The notes under the pieces: model-generated
Databases searched by the model: none
What the model was told of the DNA's origin: nothing
Seen by the model: the letters and a program-made list of their open reading frames with translations, nothing else
Made by a program: the position numbers and the translations under genes
DNA from: Eledone cirrhosa
Taxonomy: Eukaryota
Assembly: GCA_964016885.1 (NCBI GenBank)
Contig: OZ024740.1
Location: forward strand, 115,506,001-115,570,000
Direction of reading: 5' to 3'
DNA length: 64,000 bases
Part shown: positions 54,731 through 64,000 of the stretch, piece by piece
Numbering within the stretch: the first letter of the stretch is position 1
Layout: each line of letters opens with the position of its first letter

Positions 54731-56297
54731 TCACTCACACACACATCATATATATGTGTGTGTGTGTATGTGTGTATGGTTGCATGTGTGTATGTGTATG
54801 TGTTCTTCTGTGTGTGTTAGTGTACACATACTTCAATATCTCCTAACCATCAAGTCTCAAATGATTACTTTATTACTTTCCACAAAACCGCAACCACCGC
54901 CACAACATCAACAACAACAGCAACACCAACAGCAGGCTGCAATGACGATAACAACAATAACAACAACATCGATTGATAATTAAACAAATAAGCAATTGCA
55001 TAATACCAAACAAACAAAAATTATGAAAATAGAAAATCAACAACAATAACCACAAGAACATCAACAAAATTACTCTTTGTTGTCATAATAATACTTCTGA
55101 TGGATGAGAGAGTTTTCAGCCGAATTAACTCATTTTTCCCCCGCTAGGTAACTAAATGTGAGAGAAAGACGTAGTGAGGCATAGCGAATATGATGTATAG
55201 CTACAAAAACACCACCAGCAAGTCAAAACAAATAATGAGTATATGTATTGTTGTTGTTGGTGGTGGTGGTGGTGGTGGTGACTTTACGAAAACGGATTAT
55301 GAGTTCACTTCCTGTCTCAATTTTGAGATGGATTACTGCAAGGGTCAGATAAAATGAACTTGACTTCAATTAAATATTAGTTGACCGATATATGATGTTT
55401 TGCTGTTCAGAAATAGGAATTTCTGAGGTAAAAACCACTCACTAATGGAAACCAGCGCTAAACTGAACAGTTGGCTCCGATATCTATTATTTCCTTTCCG
55501 CCATCTTTAATTCATCATCATTATGCTTTCTCACATTCAAACACTTCTTCCTTCTTTCCTTTCATTTCTTTGTATCTTTCATTCTTTCTATCATCCTTTC
55601 TTTGTTTATTTTTTTCTTCTTTGTTTTACTTTTTTCTTTGTTTCTTTCTTCCTTTCTTTCGTTCATATTTAACTTTCCTTTGTTTTTTCTTTGTTTCTTT
55701 CGTTTCTTCTTTCTTTCTTCTTTTCTTTCTTTCTTTCTTTTTCTTCTGGCATGGATTTCGAAGTTCCTGTGTGTGATACATTTTCTGACGAAGAAACTAG
55801 TCAGAAAAGACATTACAGCCGAAACGATTTAGTCACAGTCTGTTTGTGTGTGTTTATTTGTTTGCTATTTGGTGGTGGTGGTGTTGTTGCTGTGGTTGTG
55901 GTGGTGGTAGTGTTCAGTTAGCCATATGTGTGTGTATGTGCGTGTGTATTTGTGTGTGTGTGTGTATTTGTGTGTGTGTGTTTTTGTGTGTGGGTGTGTG
56001 TGTATAATACAATATACAAACGGAAGAATCATACTCAATGTATGTGTATAGTTTTGAAACATGTATTAAGCACGAAACTCCTACCTTCGAAACTTGACAA
56101 CTTTTCAATTGTAATAAATCATATATACTTATATATACTAGCCGAATTACCCGCACCTTGCTGCGTTTCACATTTTTTTTTTGTAAGAAAATGATGATTG
56201 ATTTTAAATCATTGATATAATTTATGGAGAAAAACTCTGCATTTCAATATTACTCAATGTAAAATGTAATGGCTGAACAATTGGAAAACATTATTTT

Positions 56298-56602
56298 TCC
56301 GAGGTTAACTTTGCCTTTCATCCTTACGGGGTCGATAAAATAAAGTACCAGTAATGCACTGGATAATTGCTGGCCTTGTGCCAAAAGTAGAAACAATTAT
56401 TTTTTGTTAAAAAAGGGCGGTCAATTGGCAGTATCGGTAGAGGGTCGGACATGCTTTCCAGCATAGTTACATCCCTTTACGATCTGAGTCCAATTCCCGC
56501 CGAGATTATCTTTCCCTTTCATCCTTACGGGGTCGATAAAATAAAGTACCAGTAATGTACTGGGATAATTGCTAGCCTTGTGCCAAAAGTAAAAACAATT
56601 AT
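56298..56602 (+). mobile_element. tRNA-type SINE: 3' partial copy (56298-56400) followed by a full copy (~56415-56602)
   Basis: Highly similar to 11851-12040. Confidence 0.85.
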
Positions 56603-56954
56603 TTTTTGTAATATATCAAATCAAAATTACATTATTAAATCTTATTCTTATTTTGTTTCTTGTAAATAATTTTTTTCAAAGTATCAATTCAAAACTTTTG
56701 TCATTAGGCATTATATCTTGTAATTTACCTATGGTTTAAATTTCATATAAATCGAAGGTAAAAAGTTTTCAGTGGGGGTTTGTGCCCCCGTAGAACCCTT
56801 TGGTTTAAATGAAATATACTTATCCAAGTACCCTGGGCAAGTTTCAGAATATATATGGTTATGGGAGTCTATCTCCAAAACCATAGGAGGAGTTCGTGAA
56901 CAACCAAACAAAGAAACAGACAGGAACTACAGCTTTATATATATATTATATATA

Positions 56955-57238
<284 letters not shown>

Positions 57239-57240
57239 TT

Positions 57241-57480
57241 TAATGGTAGCTATAATGCTTCCATAGGCGGTATGCTAGTTGAGCAGTTCGGACACATGCA
57301 ATGCTTTCGGAGCAAATTTTCCCGCTGAAAAAGTTTGCTCCGAAAGCATTGCATGTGCCCGAAGAACCCGCAGTTCTAGAATCAGACAGATCCATACAAT
57401 GATCGTGTCTCGAGCTATCTGCCGGCGAAGCAATTGTAACACAATAAACTGAGTCTAGATGCATCACTGATTTTTCGTTT

Positions 57481-57490
<10 letters not shown>
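57241..57490. mobile_element. third copy of the 4779-5272 fold-back family (left arm internally deleted)
   Basis: Same tail. CCGAAGA-ACCCGCAG...CTGCCGGC-GAAG-CAATTG-TA-ACACA. Confidence 0.8.
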
Positions 57491-57517
<27 letters not shown>

Positions 57518-57724
57518 GTGTGTGCGAGTGAGTGTGTGTGTTTGTGTGTATAATGTTTAAATACATACATAAACACTAACATTAAAGTATACATACATAT
57601 ACACACATGCATACATAGATACATAAATGCTTACATACGTGCAAGCATACATACATACATGCATGCATACATACATACATACATACATACATACATACAT
57701 ACATACATACATACATACATACAT

Positions 57725-58333
57725 GGTGGCTGCCAACTCGTTTTCGAGTACGGCCACTACTTTATATCCATGTAGGAGAACCCCTACCGATGCGCTGAAC
57801 GAGTGTGACTTTTTAGTCCAGCCAGCGACTTGAAAACTCTGGTACAAACACTACACTTGAGACAATTATTGACACATAGTGCAGGGCCCATGGTACCATG
57901 TGATGACAAGTGCAGAGAGATCTCCAGATATAAAGCAATGCCTGTGCCGTGAAGCTTTTATAGTGAGCAAAGGCACTGCACAAAGCCAGTCCCACTCTCT
58001 TAACCAAGATGATATTTACCAAAAAGAAGAACAAGTCAACATCATTGGATACCATCAGGGTTGCAGGTGTTATAATCAGAGTTTTCCTTCTCCTAGAATT
58101 CTGCCTTGACAAAAGCTAAGGGGTCATCTCTCCCGGTGATTTTGGATGGCCATTGACTCTTATGAGCTCCTTTGCCCTTTGACAGGTTTTGATTTTAGTC
58201 CTGCAGGATGTCCAAATTCACCCTCCTCACCAAGAAACCTTGGTGGGTTTGCCAGTTTAGTCACCAATGACCCGACCATGAGACAGGTTGTACTGGGATA
58301 CATGTTACCAGTAGCACCAACGGGTGACCTGAC
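57725..58333. mobile_element. ~610-bp element, copy 3, in (CATA)n
   Basis: Near-identical to the copies at 26.0-27.3 kb. Confidence 0.9.
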
Positions 58334-58530
58334 ATACATACATACATACATACATACATACATACATACATACATACATACATACATACATACATACATA
58401 CATACATACATACATGCCTGCCTGCATGCATGCATACATACATACATACATACATACATACATACATACATACATACATACATACATACATACATACATA
58501 CATACGTACATACATACATACATACATACA

Positions 58531-60955
58531 GTCATCGCAATCAGTCGCATATTTTGCCGTGGGAGACTATTTATTAAATTTAAGATGAATACTATCTCCG
58601 ACAGTAATGCCACAAGTACAGTCAGGTTGAATAACTGGTTATTCTTCTAGCTATATCTTCTGAAGACACCTTTTATTCGAATTCATAGAGATATCCGACT
58701 AAATACATAATTCATTTTACAAGGATTTGCTACAAACAGCATGGCTGAACACAACATCAACGATAAAATTAAGGAAGTACCGAAGACAACCAACAAGAAA
58801 GGTAATCAAAACAATTACTCCAACAAGCGACGTTTGTTGAACGTAAAAATAAGATAAATATTATTAATTGTAAGACCCCCACAACAAACATGTTATCAAC
58901 AACACTGCTACAGGTCGCCATGCTACTAGACTTCCTAGCAGCCAGGTCGAACAGCGCCTTGAAACAACTATGCCAGTAAGAAACTTGACACCACCTGTTC
59001 CATCTAAGTCTACCTCGAATGCTGAGAAAAACACTATCGATAATAGTAATAATCGAAGAAATAATAATAATAATCGAAGAAATTTGACACCACGTGTAGC
59101 ATCCAAGTCTACCTCGACTGTTGTGGAAAATAATATCAATAATGATAATAATCAAAAGTATAAACAATTGAAAATTTCCCTCAACGAAATCTTCCAGAGA
59201 GAAATGAATTCATGTATAAATATCTCTCTTGCTGAACGTATTAAAACGACAATGTTGATTAAAAAAACAAATAATGAAATATTACGTGTTATTGACGAAA
59301 TAGGGGATGAATATTTACGACGGATAAAAACCCCAACATTTTGGCAAATCAACGCCTGTTTATATGCCCAAGCAACGACAGTGAAGCGTTATCTTGGTGA
59401 TAGCAGAGATATTAACAAGAACAGAACACCACCAAAAGTACCATCATATATAACTAAAATAGAAAAAAGATTGCTGACCTACGAAAAACCATAAGATATG
59501 TGACAATGCTCCTTACATACAAACAAACACAAAAAAAAACCTCACTTCTCTCCAACAAAGAGTGAAAAATAAAATAGAGACGATGTTTGGTAACAGTAGA
59601 ACCAGAACTCTTCAATATAAGCTGATCACCCTCAAACAAGAATTGAGCGCTGTTAGCGAAAAACGCCGATACCTGAAGAAGGTAGATGAGAGAAAAGTGC
59701 TTAATAAAAGATTCAGACGAAATCAAGCATCAGTCTATAGAGATATGAAGAACAAAATAATAAGTGTCACTAAGGCCCCATCCCAGAAAGACATAGATTC
59801 CTTTTGGAGCAAAATATGGGATGAAAAGAAGAATTTCAACCAAGATGCAGTGTGGCTAAGAGAAATCCGAAAGAACTATTGCTCCTACACTACAACAAAA
59901 ACATACGAAATAAGTGAGGGTACCCTTGAGACTGTGATAGGAAAACTCCAAGATAAGAAAACACCAGGAAGAGACATGATTGTCGGCTACTGGTACAAAA
60001 AACTGATATTCTATCGGAGGTATCTTACTGACCTCTACCAACAAGTTCTTAAGGGAGATACACTTATACCAGAATGGTTGACATTAGCACAAACATTACT
60101 GGTCCCCAAGAACAAAGACACCCACTTGGCAAAAAACTACCGACCCATTGCATGCCAGAACCTGATGTATAAGATGTATACAGCCTGCCTGAACCTATTC
60201 CTCCAAGATCACTGTGAAAATAATAACATCATCACAGATGAACAAGCAGCTGGAAAGAAAGGTGTTTGGGGATGTGCTGAACAACTCCTAATCAACAAAA
60301 CTGCGATGTCGGAGGTGCGACAACTTAGGAGGAATATGGCTACAGTCTGGCTGGACTACAGGAAAGCTTTCGGTTCTGTTCCCCACGCTTGGATGATAGA
60401 GGCCCTCGAACTTGCTAAAGTCCCAGACATTATTGTCAGAGCCATAGAGAGGCTGTCTTCTTCTTGGGCTACTACCCTAAGGTTAAAGACAGAGAAGGAG
60501 GACTCTATTTTCACTGATAAAATAAAATATTGCAGAGGTATATTTCAGGGGGACAGTCTCTCTGTGATATTATTCCTCTTGTCATTAAACCCCTTGTCCT
60601 TTCTGCTCAAGAAATGTGAGGGATACATCATTGGCTCACAGGAAGACAGAAATACGAACCTAACCCATAATTTCTTTGTGGACGATCTGAAACTCTATGC
60701 CAAGAACATGGATGGGATGAAGAAAAATCTTGACCTGGTTACAACGTTCTCAAAGGATATAGGAATGGAGTTTGGACAAGATAAATGCTCATACATGACT
60801 GTAAAGCGGGGGAAAACAACAACCCTATCTAGCAACATTGTCATCAATGGCCTAACTGTTTCACCTATATCTGATGAGGACTGCTACAGATACCTGGGGA
60901 TAGATGAGAACATATCCTATAATGGTATCTGTAATAAAGAACGCGTAACCAGGTT
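58531..60955 (+). mobile_element. R4/Dong-like LINE, 5' portion with RT, broken at its 3' side
   Basis: PGRDMI..YWYK, NYRPIAC, WLDYRKAFGSVPH, GIFQGDSLS, FVDDLKLYA, GMEFGQDKC, YRYLG in ORF 59562-60955. Upstream frameshifted ORF pieces. (TACA)n on both sides. Confidence 0.9.
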
Positions 60956-61467
60956 TACATACATACATACATGCACACACATGCATACATATATATATTC
61001 ATACATACATACATACACACATACATATATACATACATACCAACGTACATACATTCATATCTGTTTACAACACGGCGTATATCGGAACATTTTAGATTAA
61101 TTTAATGCATGTAAAGCCACTTCATTTTAAATTATATGCCTTGCGCTGAAAACGTAAACAAATGTAAATAGATTTTGTAATTGCTTTTGTAAGGGAAAAA
61201 AAATAGGTATTGCCTTTGCGTGTTCCTCAAAGTACTTCTTCTATAGCATCCTATGCATTGGCGGATGGTCTTATAAACGAGAAATATGGCGGTTTCCTAA
61301 ATATCTGTATAGAGGAGCATGGGAGATACGCATTGCTATAGAATTACATTTTATTTTATTTTCCAGGCAATGATGAAAGATAAAATCGACATCGATGGAA
61401 TTTCAACTGCTAATCATAAGGCATGTTGTTTGTCACTCTACTGATTATGCCAGTAAATATCGATTTC

Positions 61468-61680
61468 TAATTTAGGTACAAGACAAGCAAATATGGGGAA
61501 AAGGCAAAATCGGTTAGATCAACCTCAGTACTAGACTGGTACTTTAATACATCAACCCCAGAAGGATGACAGTCAAAGTTGACCTCAATGATATGTGAAC
61601 AGAGAATGTAAACAACCAGAACATATACCACAATGATATTCTATCTGACGCTCTACCATTTCTGCCGATCTACTACCCTT
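61468..61680 (-). mobile_element. diverged tRNA-type SINE
   Basis: Reverse-complement similarity to the 11851-12040 family (CTGGTACTTT...AAGGATGA...CAAAGTTGACCTC). Confidence 0.7.
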
Positions 61681-62446
61681 ATGCCAGTATATTAAAACTT
61701 TTTTCATTTATGAAGACGAGTTTAACTATCTGAAAAATTACGATCGCTCTAGCTGGCCCCGTGCCGTCAGAAATGACGGCTAATTGTAATATAAAAAAAT
61801 TATATAAAAAAAGAGATGTTTATATGTTTGTTGGTTGGTTGCTTGCTTGCTTGCTTGCTGCCTGCTTGCTTACTTGCTTGCTTCCTTCGCGCTCACTCAC
61901 AGAAGTGATACAAACATACAAACACACAGCTATGACGAATCTTAGAACGCTGGACCTCTATAATTTCTTCCCCTTAACCTTCCTCAGTCATCACATAGAT
62001 GTGTGTGTATGTAATAATTATTTTTTCTAAGTGTGTCAGTTTATATATATATGTATATATAGATTCGTGTGTGTTTGTAATTCTATTGTCTATGTATCTT
62101 TCTAAATAAACACACACATACACATATACACTCACATAAATATTACATATAAATATAATTTACACAGACACACATATACATTCACTCAAACACAAATAAT
62201 CATAACAGTCAATGTGTGTAGCCAATTCGCTACACATATAGATACACACAGATGTAGCGAATATAGGACACTGCCACCTCTTCTTTACTAAGTCGACGTT
62301 ATCACCTCTCCCTTCCTCAGTTTGTCATCACCCCTTCCTTCATCAGTCATCTTTTGTGACGGGCAAATACACAAGCGTATTATAGAGGGAGTTGATTGGT
62401 AGATTATTATAGTTTTAGCTATAATAATACGATTATAATTTTTTAC

Positions 62447-62632
62447 GGGCAAGACCAACCGACAGGAGACACAGGGGTAGACACCGAGCAAGATGGTTGG
62501 ATAACATCTATGAGCTTGGCTGGTCTCGTTTGGGGATCCAGCTGAATCAGTTGGAGACGGTTGCTTTTGACAGGGCCCGCTGGAAGGAATGTTTGAGGAC
62601 CCTGACCCTACGACCCTCTCAAGAATAAGTGA
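62447..62632 (+). mobile_element. RTE-clade LINE extreme 3' end
   Basis: ARPTDRRHRGRHRARWLDNI.ELGWSRLGI...LETVAFDRARWKECLRTLTLRP..*. Confidence 0.7.
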
Positions 62633-62635
62633 GTG

Positions 62636-62636
<1 letters not shown>

Positions 62637-62684
<48 letters not shown>

Positions 62685-62795
62685 AGGAGGAGGAGGAGGA
62701 GGAGGAGGAGGAGGAGGAGGAGAAGAAGAAGAAGAAGAAGAAGAAGAAGAAGAAGAAGAAGAAGAAGAAGAAGAAGAAGAAGAAGAAGAAGAAGA
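62637..62795. repeat. compound (GAC)n(GGC)n(GGA)n(GAA)n
   Basis: Directly visible. Confidence 0.97.
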
Positions 62796-63034
62796 TTATA
62801 GTTGACAATATATCACATCGCTGAAAACTGGGTATTTGGTATTAAGAGGAATATATTTCTGCCAATAACGTCTATTAATTTCTTTCAGCCTTTAAATTCC
62901 TTTGTTAGGCTATTTTCTTTTTGAGCTAAAAAAAAAAAAGTAAGTCGATTTCATAGCTGGAATGGAATGGAATGGTTAAAAAACAACGACTTGTTGCTAT
63001 TAATGCTGCTACTGTTGTTATTATTGTTAATGTT

Positions 63035-63167
63035 GGTGATGGTGGTGGTGGTGGTGGTGGTGGTGGAGGCGGCGGCGGTGGTGGTGTTGGTGGTGGTGAT
63101 GGTGATGGTGGTGGTGTTGGTGGTGTTGGTGTTGGTGGTGGTGGTGTTGGTGTTGGTGGTGGTGATG
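63035..63167. repeat. (GGT)n-type microsatellite
   Basis: Directly visible. Confidence 0.95.
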
Positions 63168-63574
63168 TTTGCCATGATATGAAGGAAACATTACAAATAC
63201 AAAGTGTCATTCAGCTCAACAAACCAGATAATCAGGGTGGGTAACAGTTATAGATAGATTTTTTTTAGATATTATTTTCATCTTATAGTTTGTTTTGTCT
63301 TTATTTTGTAGGATTTATCTTTTCGTATTTTTATTTAATCGGGAATGTTTTGATTTATTATGGTTTGTTTTGTTTCGTTTTTTTTTTGTTTTGTTTTTTT
63401 TTTATTCACTATATATATACATATTCCTTTTTTTTTTTTTTGGTGTGCCCAAATGCATGTCAGCTGAAATCTAACACTAATTGATATATGGACATTTAGC
63501 CATTGCTGGGTACCACAATTCTAATCATATTATTTAATCGACCGTCGTCATCATTCCTTTTTCCTGCCCTATTA

Positions 63575-63605
<31 letters not shown>

Positions 63606-63651
63606 CATACTCGCTCACACACACATACCCACACACAACCACACCACGCAC

Positions 63652-63790
<139 letters not shown>

Positions 63791-63947
63791 ATGTATATAT
63801 GTATATATATATATATATATACATATATATATTATTTGTTTCATTTTTTGATATTTTCTTATGGAAGTATCCAGTATCCATTCTTATCAGTAAAAGGAAT
63901 TTCGCCAAGTGAAATTGACTTTTCTAAACAGTCCTATTCTATATATG

Positions 63948-63993
<46 letters not shown>

Positions 63994-64000
63994 TGTGTGT

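Noticed and set aside
59562-61100. 512-aa ORF as an intact active RT gene
   Set aside because: Upstream frameshifts, no endonuclease or 3' end, and the last ~48 codons are microsatellite read-through.

Overview
AT-rich, microsatellite-saturated animal genomic DNA with one 200-N gap and no convincing host gene. A coleoid cephalopod such as Octopus is my inference from the repeat landscape. Almost all ORFs in the supplied track are artefacts of (TA)n/(TG)n/(CATA)n/triplet repeats. The real content is retroelements. Decayed Penelope-like elements (PLEs; RT plus C-terminal GIY-YIG) of about three types are present, the largest at 28.9-30.5 kb and 46.9-49.4 kb. There are also R4/Dong-like LINE pieces, RTE 3' ends, tRNA-type SINEs, MITEs and a ~610-bp (CATA)n-embedded element in three copies. 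The main discovery is a dense set of type I hammerhead ribozyme (HHR) motifs, read by eye at more than 15 loci. Most lie in fold-back insertions of the form [inverted arm][direct arm][short tail], usually inside (TA)n tracts. Many have an unusually long stem II (50-116 nt), a palindromic mini stem III or variant cores, and their tails share a CTCC...RTTGAGY motif. One locus (51.6-52.2 kb) is a 545-nt ORF-less, terminally redundant HHR unit resembling a retrozyme monomer. All folds and homologies were read manually and no activity has been tested.
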